A DNA stretch of 64,000 nucleotides from Candidatus Limnocylindria bacterium (GTDB lineage: Bacteria > Chloroflexota > Limnocylindria > QHBO01): assembly GCA_036556325.1 (NCBI GenBank), contig DATBJR010000048.1, positions 299 to 64,298 on the forward strand. Direction: 5' to 3'. The notes below the pieces were generated by a model, which did no database searches, was not told the origin of the DNA, and was given only the letters and a program-made list of their open reading frames with translations. Shown one piece after another: positions 8,628 to 18,283 of this stretch (positions are counted from its first letter, which is position 1; each line of letters opens with the position of its first letter). The position numbers were made by a program, and so were the translations under genes.

Positions 8628-9623
8628 ATGCCCGAACGCGGTCGCCCTCCGTCCACGCTGTCCGTCGTCGTGGCGCTCGGGACGGTGTACGTGGTCTGGG
8701 GCTCCACCTACCTGGCGATTGCCTACGTCGTCGAGACGTTGCCGCCCCTGCTGGCCGCCGCCGCCCGCTTCCTGGTTGCCGGTGCGGCGCTCGTCGCCTT
8801 CGTCGCCGCGCGCGCGGCCTGGCTGCGATCGCGGGGCGGCACCAACCAGCCAGGCCTGCCGCGGCTGGTGGAGTGGCGGACGGCGGCCATCGTCGGGACG
8901 CTGCTGCTGCTGGGCGGCAACGGCCTCGTCTCCCTGGCCGAGCAGCGGATCCCCTCGGGCATCGCGGCGGTCATGATCGCCACGGTCCCGATCTGGATGA
9001 GCCTCTTCGAGGCGGTGCTCACCCGCCGCGCGCCCAGCCTGCTGGCGATCGGTGGCATCGCGTTCGGGCTCATCGGCGCAGTGATCCTGCTCCTGCCATC
9101 GGATGGGCTGGACGCGCTCGACCCGCTGGGCGTCGGCCTGGTGGCGATCAGCGCCATGGCCTGGGCCACCGGCTCGCTCTACGCACGCCGCGGCCCGTTG
9201 CCCCGCAATGCCCTGCTGGGGACCGGCATGGAGCAGCTCGCCGGTGGGGTGGCGCTGGCCGTTGCCGGGCTGGCGATCGGGGAGCCGGGGCGGATGGACC
9301 TGGCACACGTCTCGGGCGCGTCACTGCTCGGGCTGGCGTACCTGGTGGTGTTCGGCTCGCTGGCCGCCTTCACCGCCTACGTCTGGCTGCTCAATCACGT
9401 CCCCGTCACGACGGTGGCCACCTACGCCTACGTCAACCCGGTCGTCGCCGTGGGCCTGGGGGTCCTGTTCCGCAGCGAACCCCTGACCCCACGCACCCTG
9501 GTGGCTGCGGCGCTGATCATCGGCGCCGTAGTGGCCATGGTCAGCGGCCGGCCGCGCGAGGCCGAGGAGACGGGCCCGGTGCCGGAGGCCGGCGGCCTCG
9601 AGCAGGCCGACGACGCGGCCTGA
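8628..9623 (+). CDS. EamA/DMT-family transporter
   Basis: About 10 predicted TM segments with a GSTYLAI motif. Start at ATG 8628 is preceded by GACAAT plus 6 nt (leaderless-type). ATG 8595 is the alternative. Confidence 0.85.
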   Translation: MPERGRPPSTLSVVVALGTVYVVWGSTYLAIAYVVETLPPLLAAAARFLVAGAALVAFVAARAAWLRSRGGTNQPGLPRLVEWRTAAIVGTLLLLGGNGLVSLAEQRIPSGIAAVMIATVPIWMSLFEAVLTRRAPSLLAIGGIAFGLIGAVILLLPSDGLDALDPLGVGLVAISAMAWATGSLYARRGPLPRNALLGTGMEQLAGGVALAVAGLAIGEPGRMDLAHVSGASLLGLAYLVVFGSLAAFTAYVWLLNHVPVTTVATYAYVNPVVAVGLGVLFRSEPLTPRTLVAAALIIGAVVAMVSGRPREAEETGPVPEAGGLEQADDAA

Positions 9624-9910
9624 TGGAGGTCAGGGTCGATTGCCGCGCGACCGAGCGTGGCTGGCGCTGCAACGTGGGGGTCGGTACGGACCCGGCGGCA
9701 ACCGCGCACGCGGTCACGGTCAGCGGCGACACCCTGCGTGAGCTGGCGCCGACGGACGCCGATCCTGTCCGCCTGGTCACCGAGTCGTTCCACTTCCTGC
9801 TCGCGCACGAGCCGCGGGAATCGATCCTGCGCAGCTTCGACCTGCCGGTCATTGGCCGCTACTTCCCGGGGTGGGAGCGCGAGGTGCGGGCGCGGCTCGG
9901 CGAGCGCTGA
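9623..9910 (+). CDS. Conserved-looking hypothetical protein (95 aa)
   Basis: The start overlaps the EamA stop (TGATG). Sequence MEVRVDCRATERGWRCNVGV...SFHFLLAHEPRESILRSFDLPVIGRYFPGWE has a coding-like composition. Confidence 0.6.
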   Translation: MEVRVDCRATERGWRCNVGVGTDPAATAHAVTVSGDTLRELAPTDADPVRLVTESFHFLLAHEPRESILRSFDLPVIGRYFPGWEREVRARLGER

Positions 9911-9928
9911 GCTCGATGGCCGGCCGTA

Positions 9929-11569
9929 CTACCGGGGCGGGTCGAACTCCGAGTACTTGAAGATCCGCTCCAGGACGTAGCGCCCGTCGCCCTGCGGATC
10001 GGTGAGGCTGGCGCGCGCGTTCAGGTGCATGACGTAGGGTCGCATCCGGACATTGACCAGCGTCTTCCCGTTGAACGTCATGTCCAGGATGATGCCCTCG
10101 GAGGCCTCCTGCCACCAGTTCTGGCCGAACATGTAGTTGCCTGGACAGCTGAGCACGACGCTTGGCCCATTGGCCCGGTTGCGGACCAGCAGCGGCCCGG
10201 CCACGTGGGTGCCCGAGCCGATGACATGGTCGCAGCCGGCCGCGTCGAACCACTTCAGCTGCTCCACCTGCAGCGGCCAGAGGTCGTCGTGGTACTCGGC
10301 GCCGCCCCACCACTGCGGGTCGCACAGCACGAGGTCGGCGCCGCCCTGTCGAGCCATGTGCACCGCCCGGAACACGTTGGAGCGGGTGATCCACGGCACG
10401 CCGGGCGTTCCACGCTCGGCCCGGGCCACGCCGCTGACGTCGTTCCAGGCGACGAGTGCGACCTTGAGGCCGGCGACCTCCAGGTAGGCCGGCTGCAGCG
10501 CCTGGTGGAGGTTCATGCCGAGGCCGGTCCGCGGGATGCCGTGCTTGTCCAGGATGCGCAGCGTCGATTCGATGCCGGCCACGCCGCGATCGCTCATGTG
10601 GTTGGCGGCCAGGTACACGGCATCCAGGCCGAGCTTGCGCTTCCACTGGACCACGACCGCTTCAGGCACGCTGAAGACCAGCGAGCCGCTGTAGTTCGCG
10701 CCCCAGATCGAATCGGCCTCGATGGGGCACTCGTGATCGGCGATGGCCAGGTCCGAGCGCTTCAGGACCGCGGGCGTCGCGCCGTCGTTGCCGGTTTCGG
10801 CCGTGGTGAGTGGGTAATACGGCCCGCCGTCTGGCGGATCGACCTGCGCGCCGCTCGTGTAGCGCGCGGTGCCGCCGTTGAATGCCCAGCTCCAGCCTTT
10901 GCCGAGCACCACTGCCTGCTCCGCTACGATGGGGCTCGAGCAGAGGCTGCCGATGTTGGTCAGTGTCCAGATCTGCGACGGGTCGTAGGCGAACCAGGCC
11001 GGGTCGAGCGAGTCGGCGCCATCCCCGCCCGGCGAGCCGATGAGCGGGTAGTCGAGCGCGCGCGACTTGCGATCGCCGAACAGGTCCGGCCCGAAGAGGC
11101 CGAATGGGCCGTCGCCGGCGATCGACAGGACCTTGGTCGCCGGCTCGACCAGTCCGGCCGGCAGCAGGGCCACGCGATCCTGGTGCTTCGCCAGGTAGTG
11201 GGCGATGTGATCAGCCGGCCGACAGGCGGCACCGGTGCTCATTGCCGGCTCCTTGACCGCGACGCCGCAGGGGATCACCAGCCGGCCGCGGCTGGCCAGC
11301 GAGGCGACTTCGTCCAGGCCGATGGTGGACTGCAGGTTGGTCATGCCGGTGACCACGGCCAGCGGGAATTCGGCTGGCACGCTGACCGGTTCACTGGCGG
11401 AGGCCGTTGGCGAGGGCTCCCCCGACGGGTTGCCGGCTGATGGTGTCTCGCCGGAGGATGCCGGTCCGGATGATGAAGGGCCAGGCGTCGGGCTCAGGCT
11501 GAGGCAGCCGGCCAGCAGCGACAGCAGGACGAGCAGGCTGGCCGCTCGTCTCACGGCGGTGATGCGCAC
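9929..11569 (-). CDS. CapA/PgsA-like metallophosphoesterase-fold lipoprotein (poly-gamma-glutamate synthesis family)
   Basis: Lipobox LLSLLAGC. The C-terminal half reads YLAANHMSDRGVAGIESTL...DHVIGSGTHVAGP, which is typical of the CapA family. Confidence 0.85.
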   Translation of the reverse strand: MRITAVRRAASLLVLLSLLAGCLSLSPTPGPSSSGPASSGETPSAGNPSGEPSPTASASEPVSVPAEFPLAVVTGMTNLQSTIGLDEVASLASRGRLVIPCGVAVKEPAMSTGAACRPADHIAHYLAKHQDRVALLPAGLVEPATKVLSIAGDGPFGLFGPDLFGDRKSRALDYPLIGSPGGDGADSLDPAWFAYDPSQIWTLTNIGSLCSSPIVAEQAVVLGKGWSWAFNGGTARYTSGAQVDPPDGGPYYPLTTAETGNDGATPAVLKRSDLAIADHECPIEADSIWGANYSGSLVFSVPEAVVVQWKRKLGLDAVYLAANHMSDRGVAGIESTLRILDKHGIPRTGLGMNLHQALQPAYLEVAGLKVALVAWNDVSGVARAERGTPGVPWITRSNVFRAVHMARQGGADLVLCDPQWWGGAEYHDDLWPLQVEQLKWFDAAGCDHVIGSGTHVAGPLLVRNRANGPSVVLSCPGNYMFGQNWWQEASEGIILDMTFNGKTLVNVRMRPYVMHLNARASLTDPQGDGRYVLERIFKYSEFDPPR

Positions 11570-11614
11570 GGCGCTATCGTAGGTGCCGCAGCCGGGCAGG
11601 GTGGTGGAGTTGGC

Positions 11615-12646
11615 GTGATTCGTCCGACACGGAGAGGTGGCGTGCTCGCGTCACGGCTGCTGCGCGCCCCGCTGGGCGCCCTCGTCGTGGCCGTCGGGCT
11701 GCTCGGTGGCTCATGGATGACCCCGAATGCGGCAACGGCGCTCGGGCCGGTGCCCGCCTGCCGCCTGGCCAATTTCCTGACCGTCCCGCGGGACTATGAC
11801 CATTGGAGCACGACCCTGGTCGACTGGCTCTTGCGCGTGCCGCGCAACTACAGGCCCCCGGACCTGGTGCCGGTGTCTGAGGCGGGCATCGCCGGCCCCG
11901 GCGTCATCCGCGCCGTGGCGATCGACGATTTGCGCGCCCTGGCCGAGGCGGCCGCCGCCAACGGGACGCCGATCTCGGTCAACAGCCCGTATCGCAGCTA
12001 CGCCGACCAGGTGGCGAGCTTCAACGGCTGGGTGGGCGTCGACGGCTATGACGACGCGATCACCTACTCGCAGCGTCCCGGCCACTCCGAGCATCAGCTG
12101 GGCTTGACCATCGACTTCCAGACGCTCAACGGTGGCAGCGCGCTGCAGGGCGACTGGGCGACGACGCCGACCGGTGCGTGGATGGAGGCGAACGCCTGGA
12201 AGTACGGCTGGGTGATGAGCTACCCCAAGGCGCCGAATGGTGCGCTGTTCTCGGAGGCGACCTGCTTCCACTACGAGCCGTGGCACTACCGCTACCTGGG
12301 GCGCGACATCGCGCGCAAGGTGCATCGCTCGGGCCTGACCATCCGGGAGTATTTGTGGAAGCACTTCACCATGGTCGACCCGGTGACCGGCGAGGCCCTC
12401 GCCACACCGACGCCCACGCCAATCGCGACGCCGGCGGCGACTCCCACGCCCACGGCACCGGCCACGACCAGTGACGGGTCGCCATCGTCGAGCGCCGCGG
12501 TCGTGACTCCGTCACCTTCCGCGTCCTCTTCGGGTGGCGGGGGAGCCGGGATCGACCCCCTCATCCTGGTGGGGGCGGTGGCCGCCGTGGTGGTGCTGGC
12601 ATCCCTTGCCGTTGCCGCCGGCAGGCGGCGTGGCTCGCCGGCCTAG
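11615..12646 (+). CDS. VanY/M15-family D-alanyl-D-alanine carboxypeptidase with C-terminal PT-rich linker and TM anchor
   Basis: SPYRSYADQ, GHSEHQLGLTID and EPWHYRY match the zinc-site H-x6-D...H pattern of M15B. The tail is TPTPTPIATPAATPTPTAPATT...LILVGAVAAVVVLASLAVAAGRRR. Confidence 0.9.
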   Translation: MIRPTRRGGVLASRLLRAPLGALVVAVGLLGGSWMTPNAATALGPVPACRLANFLTVPRDYDHWSTTLVDWLLRVPRNYRPPDLVPVSEAGIAGPGVIRAVAIDDLRALAEAAAANGTPISVNSPYRSYADQVASFNGWVGVDGYDDAITYSQRPGHSEHQLGLTIDFQTLNGGSALQGDWATTPTGAWMEANAWKYGWVMSYPKAPNGALFSEATCFHYEPWHYRYLGRDIARKVHRSGLTIREYLWKHFTMVDPVTGEALATPTPTPIATPAATPTPTAPATTSDGSPSSSAAVVTPSPSASSSGGGGAGIDPLILVGAVAAVVVLASLAVAAGRRRGSPA

Positions 12647-12669
12647 GCCGGCCACCGGGCGCATCGGTC

Positions 12670-12675
12670 TACAAT
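12670..12675 (+). promoter_or_regulatory. -10-like TACAAT, 9 nt before ATG 12685 (OFOR operon)
   Basis: Hexamer read directly. No SD sequence lies between it and the ATG. Confidence 0.4.
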
Positions 12676-12684
12676 CGTCGGCCC

Positions 12685-12990
12685 ATGACCGAACCCCGCG
12701 AGGCTGTCCGGACGTCCGCCGCCATCGGCTTCGGACGCGGCATTTCGGAAGACCATAAGGACGGGATCCGCTGGGTCGACTACGCCAACATCAGCTGGAA
12801 CCCGGTCTTCTGCAAGCGCTGCGACATCTGCGTCGACATCTGCCCCAAGGACACGCTGGTGCTGCGCAACGACGCCATCATCGAGGAGGAGAACTGCATC
12901 CTCTGTGGCCTCTGCGAGCGGTACTGCCCGGACCTGGCGATCGAGATGATCCCGGCCGCGGTGGCCGCGCACGAGGCGAAGGCCGAGTAG
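12685..12990 (+). CDS. 2-oxoacid:ferredoxin oxidoreductase delta subunit (2x[4Fe-4S] ferredoxin)
   Basis: CKRCDICVDICP and CILCGLCERYCP motifs. First gene of a delta-alpha-beta-gamma cluster. Confidence 0.9.
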   Translation: MTEPREAVRTSAAIGFGRGISEDHKDGIRWVDYANISWNPVFCKRCDICVDICPKDTLVLRNDAIIEEENCILCGLCERYCPDLAIEMIPAAVAAHEAKAE

Positions 12991-12997
12991 GCCCACC

Positions 12998-14137
12998 ATG
13001 ACCCGACGGCTGACGCAGGGGAACGAGGCCGTGTTCCGCGGCGCGGTGGCCGCGGGCGCGGACTACTACGCCGGATATCCCATCAGCCCCTCCACCGAGA
13101 TCCTGAACATCGCGTCCGGCTGGGCCGCCGAGCATCCAGAGTTCCGCTTCCTGCAGGCCGAGGACGAGATCGCCAGCGCGAACGCCATCATCGGCGCCTC
13201 GCTGGCCGGCGCGAAGTCGTTCACCGCCACCTCCGGGCCGGGGTTCAGCCTGATGCAGGAGGCGGTGGGCTACGCGCAGAAGGTCGGGGTGGCGTGCGTC
13301 TTCGTGAACGTGCAGCGCGTCGGCCCGGCGACTGGCATGCCCACCATGCCCGGGCAGGGGGACATCATGCAGGTGCGCTACGGCAGCACCGGGGATTACA
13401 CCCCCATCGCCTTCTACCCCAATGGCGTGGAGGAGGCGTTCCGCGTCGCGATCCACGCCTTCAACGCGGCCGAGGAATCACGCAGCCCGGTCGTCATCCT
13501 GTCGGACACGTTCATCGCGCACCTCAACGAGGTCGTGGACCTGGAGGAGCTCGCCGCACAGGCGACGGTCGTGGAGCGGACGACCGCGCCCCTTGGCAGG
13601 CACGCGCCGGGCAGCCCGCGCTTCTTCGCCGGCGTGCTGATGTACGAGTCCGGGCCGAACGTCGGCGAGCCGGCCACGGCCGATGCCGATGAATACCTGC
13701 GCCAGTTCTACGCCGCCAAGCACCGCCACCTCGAGGTGGCCGAGCGCTACGCGCTCTACGAGCACGGCTGGAACGTGGACGCGCCGGTGCTGGTCATCTG
13801 CTACGGGATCGTCAGCCGCGTGGCGGCGCCGCTCGCGCCGGACTACGCCCTGTTCCGGCCGATCCGCATCCACCCGGTGCTGGGCGACGAGCTGCGGGCG
13901 ATTGCCGACCGCTATGAGCAGATCGTGTGCATCGAGGCCAACGACGGCCAGTACGCCGACCTTTCGTCGCTGGCGCTGGGTCGCGAGGTGAAGCGCGTGC
14001 CGCTGCTCGGTGGCCGCATTTCGCTGGAGGCCGTCCGCGACGGACTGGAGCGGGTGCTGTCCGGCGGTCCCGGCGAGCCGCCCATCCCGCCCGAGCCGAC
14101 CGAGGCTCGGCCGCGATCACCGCTGGGCGTCGGCTGA
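12998..14137 (+). CDS. 2-oxoacid:ferredoxin oxidoreductase alpha subunit
   Basis: MTRRLTQGNEAVFRGAVAAGADYYAGYPISPSTEI...TATSGPGFSLMQE is a typical PorA/KorA N-terminus. Confidence 0.93.
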   Translation: MTRRLTQGNEAVFRGAVAAGADYYAGYPISPSTEILNIASGWAAEHPEFRFLQAEDEIASANAIIGASLAGAKSFTATSGPGFSLMQEAVGYAQKVGVACVFVNVQRVGPATGMPTMPGQGDIMQVRYGSTGDYTPIAFYPNGVEEAFRVAIHAFNAAEESRSPVVILSDTFIAHLNEVVDLEELAAQATVVERTTAPLGRHAPGSPRFFAGVLMYESGPNVGEPATADADEYLRQFYAAKHRHLEVAERYALYEHGWNVDAPVLVICYGIVSRVAAPLAPDYALFRPIRIHPVLGDELRAIADRYEQIVCIEANDGQYADLSSLALGREVKRVPLLGGRISLEAVRDGLERVLSGGPGEPPIPPEPTEARPRSPLGVG

Positions 14138-15555
14138 TGCCCGAGGCGCCCATGGCCGAGCTCGGTTACAAGGAGCACCTCAAGCTCGAGCTGTTCCCCA
14201 CCATCTGGTGCCCCGGCTGCGGGATCGGCACCATCATGCTGCAGCTGGCCATGGTCCTGGACGAGATGGGCCTGGACGAGACGAACACGGTGATCGTGAC
14301 CGGCATCGGCTGCACCGGCCGGATGGGCGGCTACATGAAGTACGAGTCGGTCTACACCCTGCACGGCCGCACGCTGCCGGTGGCCGAGGCGATCAAGACG
14401 GTGCGGCCGGAGATGAACGTCATCGTGGTGGCGGGGGACGGGGATACCGCCAGCATCGGCGGCAACCACCTGATCCACGCCATCCGGCGCAACGCGCACC
14501 TCACCGTGCTGTGCAACAACAACGAGATCTACGGGCTGACCGGCGGCCAGACCGGACCCACCACCCCGACCGGCACGAAGACGCTGTCCTCGCCGGCCGG
14601 GAATCCGAACACGCCCATCAACCTGCAGGGCCTGGTGCGCTCCTCGCCGCACTCGCTGTACGCCAAGACGACGGTCTACCACCAGCTCCACATGCGGAAT
14701 GTGATCCGCGAGGCGATCGAGCATCCGGGCTTCGCGTTCGTCGACATCACCAGCCAGTGCATCGAGAACAACGGCCGGCGGATCGGCTTCGCCAGCGCGA
14801 ACGACATGCTCACCTTCTACCGCAAGACCTACAAGCGGGCGGCGAAGGATGCCGAGCGGCTGAACCCGTTCGAGATCGGGATCCTCTATCCCCAGGCCGA
14901 TGGCGCCGCCTCCACCAACGGCAACGGTGCGTCGCTGACGGCGGTTCCCGAGCGCCCGGAGTCCCTGCCGGCCCAGCCCTCGGGCCCGATGACATCCACC
15001 GCCGAGCCCGCGGCGGTCAAGCCTGCCGCAGCCGGCGATGATGAGAAGGCGCGCAGGCGGGCCGAGTCCCAGGAGCGCGCGGCGCTGATGGCCCAGCTGC
15101 CCGCCGACGTGAAGCTGCGGATCGCGCGGAAGGAGCTGACGCTCGTGGACGCGCTGACGGCGGCGGGGCTGGAGGTGCCCGAATTCCTGCGGACCGGGGC
15201 CAGCGCCCCGCCTGGCGCACCGGTCGCGGCTGGGGAGGTCGAGATCAGCGCCAGCGGCGTCGACCCCGGCACCGAGGCCCAGCCGACCGAGCTCGACGCG
15301 CAGAAGGCCGAGGCGGTCGCCGAGGGGCGGGGCCTGGTGGGCGGAGCGCCGGGTGGCGATCCACAGCCGGCAGCACCGCGCACCTTCGAGGATGCCGCGC
15401 CGCCGATGGATGCGGCCGACGCGCGCAAGGCTGAGGCGCAGCGCAAGCTGGCGCTGATGGCGAAGCTGCCTGCCGATCTGAAGCTGCGGGTGGCCAAACG
15501 GGAGCTGACCCTGGAGGAGGCGCTGCGCGAGGCCGGCGTGGAGCCCGAGGCGTGA
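14137..15555 (+). CDS. 2-oxoacid:ferredoxin oxidoreductase beta subunit (TPP-binding) with 221-aa C-terminal extension
   Basis: The start overlaps the alpha stop (TGATG). The core has WCPGCG and GDGDTASIGGNHLIHAIRRNAHLTVLCNNNEIYGLTGGQ. The core ends near 14892, and an Ala/Pro/Glu-rich tail with two repeats follows. Confidence 0.9.
   Translation: MPEAPMAELGYKEHLKLELFPTIWCPGCGIGTIMLQLAMVLDEMGLDETNTVIVTGIGCTGRMGGYMKYESVYTLHGRTLPVAEAIKTVRPEMNVIVVAGDGDTASIGGNHLIHAIRRNAHLTVLCNNNEIYGLTGGQTGPTTPTGTKTLSSPAGNPNTPINLQGLVRSSPHSLYAKTTVYHQLHMRNVIREAIEHPGFAFVDITSQCIENNGRRIGFASANDMLTFYRKTYKRAAKDAERLNPFEIGILYPQADGAASTNGNGASLTAVPERPESLPAQPSGPMTSTAEPAAVKPAAAGDDEKARRRAESQERAALMAQLPADVKLRIARKELTLVDALTAAGLEVPEFLRTGASAPPGAPVAAGEVEISASGVDPGTEAQPTELDAQKAEAVAEGRGLVGGAPGGDPQPAAPRTFEDAAPPMDAADARKAEAQRKLALMAKLPADLKLRVAKRELTLEEALREAGVEPEA
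15037..15183 (+). repeat. Intragenic coding repeat 1 in OFOR beta tail (49 aa)
   Basis: DDEKARRRAESQERAALMAQLPADVKLRIARKELTLVDALTAAGLEVPE. Confidence 0.75.
15409..15549 (+). repeat. Intragenic coding repeat 2 in OFOR beta tail (47 aa)
   Basis: DAADARKAEAQRKLALMAKLPADLKLRVAKRELTLEEALREAGVEPE aligns with repeat 1 along its whole length (core ALMAxLPADxKLRxAxxELTLxxALxxAG). Confidence 0.75.
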
Positions 15556-16178
15556 CCACCGCGATCGCCCTGGATGGGGTCGGCGGGCAGGGCGTGCGGG
15601 TCATCGCCGGCGTGCTCGGCGCCCTGCTGGCGCGGATGGGCAAGCAGGTGACCGTCCTGTTCGACTACGACTCCAGCGTTCGCGGCTCGATGTCCGACGC
15701 CTTCGTCATCTTCGACGACGTCCCGATCGCCAACCCGGTGGTCGAGGAGGCGGACATCATGCTGAAGCTGGCCGACAAGGGCCACCTGCGCATCCACGGC
15801 CGCAAGGTGGTCACCGACCTGGGCCTCAACGTGCCGGGCGCCGAGGAGATCCCCTTCGCCTCGCTGGGCAGCGAGCATTTCGGCAAGGAGCTGTTCGGCA
15901 ACATGATCGCGCTCGGCCGGCTGCTGCGGCTCGCCCGGATCGAGTTCGACGAGCCTGCCATCCGCGACTCGCTGCCGCGGCGCTTCCAGGACGAGAACGT
16001 GGCCGCCGTGCGCTTCGGCTACGAGCTGAGCGACGAGGACATCGCGCGCCTGGCCGCCGCGGCTCCGCCCAGCCGGTTCGAGATGAACGACGCCGCCACC
16101 TCGCCGTTCCACCGCGAGACCGGAATCGCCACCGGCGGCCAGATGGCGGTGGCCACCGAGCCGGGCGAATCGGGCTAG
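15552..16178 (+). CDS. 2-oxoacid:ferredoxin oxidoreductase gamma subunit
   Basis: The GTG start overlaps the beta stop (GTGA). IALDGVGGQGV is the gamma-subunit GxGGQG motif. Confidence 0.88.
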   Translation: MTTAIALDGVGGQGVRVIAGVLGALLARMGKQVTVLFDYDSSVRGSMSDAFVIFDDVPIANPVVEEADIMLKLADKGHLRIHGRKVVTDLGLNVPGAEEIPFASLGSEHFGKELFGNMIALGRLLRLARIEFDEPAIRDSLPRRFQDENVAAVRFGYELSDEDIARLAAAAPPSRFEMNDAATSPFHRETGIATGGQMAVATEPGESG

Positions 16179-17047
16179 GCCAGGAAGGGGCCGACCGCCG
16201 CCTCGAGCGTCCCGATCTCAGCGGCCGCCAGCGGCTGGAGCGGCGCCCGCATGTCCGGCTTCACCGGCACGCCACGCAGCCCCAGCACGTGCTTGGCGGC
16301 GGCGATGAACTTGCCGGACGCCTCCAGCGCCGTGCGAACCTGGCGCAGCGTCGGCTCCGCGTCGCCCGGCGCATCGAGCGCCGTGCGCACGACATCGGGG
16401 AACGCCGCGGCCATCCCGGAGACGGATCCCACCGCCCCGCGCGCCAACGCCGGTGGCAGGAGGGGCTCCGAGCCGATGAGGACCGGCAGCCCGAGGTCGA
16501 GGTACGGCTCGACCGTGCTGAACGGCGACTCCGAGACCTTGAGCCCAGCCAGGTTGGCCGCGCCCTGCGCGACGCGCTCGACGACCGTCGTCGGCACGGG
16601 GTACCCGCTGCGGCCGGTGAACGCATAGATGAAGAACGGCAACGGCGCACAGGCGGCGGCGGCCGCCACGAAATGGGCGGTCAGCGCGGCGTCGTCGAGC
16701 GGGAAGTAGGGCGGCGGGATGACCGCCACGCCATCGGCGCCGATCTCGGCCGCGTGAGCAGCCAGCGCCGTCGTGTCGCGCGTCGTCTGGGCGCCGGCGT
16801 GGACGATGAGCCGGCCACGCACCGCGGCCCGGAAGGCGACGGCGAGCCTCCGGCGCTCGTCGAGCGAGAGGTTGATGCCCTCGCCCGTGGTGCCGCAGGC
16901 AAAGACGCCATCGGCTCCGTGCCCGGACAGGAAGGACCACATCGGCCAGACAGCATCCTCGTCCAGTCCGTCGCCGCCCGCGGACAGCGGCGTGATGGCC
17001 GCGACGATGAGCGGCGGATGGTCGAACCTCCACGGCAGGCTGGTCAC
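16175..17047 (-). CDS. Dihydrodipicolinate synthase/N-acetylneuraminate lyase-family (DapA-like) class I aldolase
   Basis: [19 protein letters not shown] and [13 protein letters not shown] motifs. I trimmed it to the in-frame GTG at 17047 (VTSLPWRF), because the track start 17218 overlaps the add gene. Confidence 0.85.
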   Translation of the reverse strand: MTSLPWRFDHPPLIVAAITPLSAGGDGLDEDAVWPMWSFLSGHGADGVFACGTTGEGINLSLDERRRLAVAFRAAVRGRLIVHAGAQTTRDTTALAAHAAEIGADGVAVIPPPYFPLDDAALTAHFVAAAAACAPLPFFIYAFTGRSGYPVPTTVVERVAQGAANLAGLKVSESPFSTVEPYLDLGLPVLIGSEPLLPPALARGAVGSVSGMAAAFPDVVRTALDAPGDAEPTLRQVRTALEASGKFIAAAKHVLGLRGVPVKPDMRAPLQPLAAAEIGTLEAAVGPFLA

Positions 17048-17118
17048 CTGCGCAGGGTAACGCGTCGGCCGGGCGACCTTGTCCGCCACGGCGCCCGACG
17101 GGTAGGCTGCCCGCCACG

Positions 17119-18237
17119 ATGACGATGGCCGCCGCCCGACCGAGCCTGGACCTCGACACGGTTCGCCGCGCGCCGAAGGTGCTGCTCCACGATCACCTGG
17201 ACGGTGGCCTGCGGCCACGGACCGTGATCGAGCTGGCGCAGGAGATCGGCTACGAAGGGCTGCCGACCACCGACCCCGAGGAGCTGGCCCGCTGGTTCAC
17301 GCTCGGCGCCGACCGCAAGTCGCTGGAGCTGTACCTGGAGGGCTTCCGGCACACCATCGCCGTGATGCAGACCCGCGAGGCGATCGAACGGGTGGCGGCC
17401 GAGTGCGTCGAGGACCTGGCCGCCGACGGGGTGGTCTATGCCGAGGTCCGCATGGCACCCGAGCTGTTGACCGATGGTGGCCTGAGCCTGGACCAGGCGA
17501 CCTCCGCGATGCTGGCCGGCCTGGAGCGGGGCGCCAAGGGCCGCCCGATCACCGCCCGGCTGCTGGTCACGGCCATGCGGCAGGCTGCGCGCTCGGTGGA
17601 GATTGCCGAGCTGGCCGTTCGCCACCGGGACGAGGGTGTGGTGGGCTTCGACATCGCGGGTCCCGAGGCCGGCTATCCGCCGACGCGGCACCTGGACGCG
17701 TTCCACCTCATCGCCCGGGAGAACTTCCACTTCACGATCCACGCCGGCGAGGGATTCGGCCTGCCGAGCATCTGGGAGGCCCTGCAGCTGTGCGGCGCGG
17801 AGCGCCTGGGGCACGGCGTCCGAATCGTTGACGACATCACGACGAGGCCGGATGGTCGGGTCGTGCTCGGCCGGCTGGCCGCCTACGTGCGCGATCGGCG
17901 CATTCCGTTGGAGATGTGCCCGACCTCGAACGTGCACACCGGGGCCGTGCCGAGCATCGCCGAGCACCCCTTCGGCCTGCTGCGCCGGCTCCGGTTCCGG
18001 GTGACGGTCAACACCGACAACCGGCTGATGAGCGGCATCACCCTGTCCGGCGAGCTGGCGGCGCTGTCCGAGGCCTTCGGGCTCGGCCTGGATGATCTGG
18101 AATGGCTGACGCTGAACGGGATGAAATCCGCCTTCCTGCCGTTCGACGGACGGCTGCGGATCATCAACGAGCAGATCAAGCCGGGCTACGCCCATCTTCG
18201 GGCTGAGGCCTCGGCCGCCGAGATCGCATCGGCCTGA
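17119..18237 (+). CDS. add: Adenosine deaminase
   Basis: [19 protein letters not shown] and [10 protein letters not shown] motifs; 372 aa. Confidence 0.95.
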   Translation: MTMAAARPSLDLDTVRRAPKVLLHDHLDGGLRPRTVIELAQEIGYEGLPTTDPEELARWFTLGADRKSLELYLEGFRHTIAVMQTREAIERVAAECVEDLAADGVVYAEVRMAPELLTDGGLSLDQATSAMLAGLERGAKGRPITARLLVTAMRQAARSVEIAELAVRHRDEGVVGFDIAGPEAGYPPTRHLDAFHLIARENFHFTIHAGEGFGLPSIWEALQLCGAERLGHGVRIVDDITTRPDGRVVLGRLAAYVRDRRIPLEMCPTSNVHTGAVPSIAEHPFGLLRRLRFRVTVNTDNRLMSGITLSGELAALSEAFGLGLDDLEWLTLNGMKSAFLPFDGRLRIINEQIKPGYAHLRAEASAAEIASA

Positions 18238-18245
18238 TCTGGAGC

Positions 18246-18276
18246 TTGACCCTGACGTTACGTTAGGGTCTATGGT
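18246..18276 (+). promoter_or_regulatory. MerR-type promoter: -35 TTGACC, 19-bp spacer carrying a 21-bp palindrome, -10 TATGGT
   Basis: TTGACC lies at 18246-18251 and TATGGT at 18271-18276, so the spacer is exactly 19 nt. ACCCTGACGT-T-ACGTTAGGGT (18249-18269) pairs at 9 of 10 positions. ATG 18284 lies 7 nt after the -10 box. Confidence 0.6.
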
Positions 18277-18283
18277 CGGTCCC

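Noticed and set aside
15037-15549. The two similar 140-nt segments as a DNA-level tandem repeat or CRISPR-like element
   Set aside because: There are only two copies, about 70% identical and separated by 225 nt. Both are in frame inside a continuous ORF and conserved at the amino-acid level, so this is an intragenic protein repeat.
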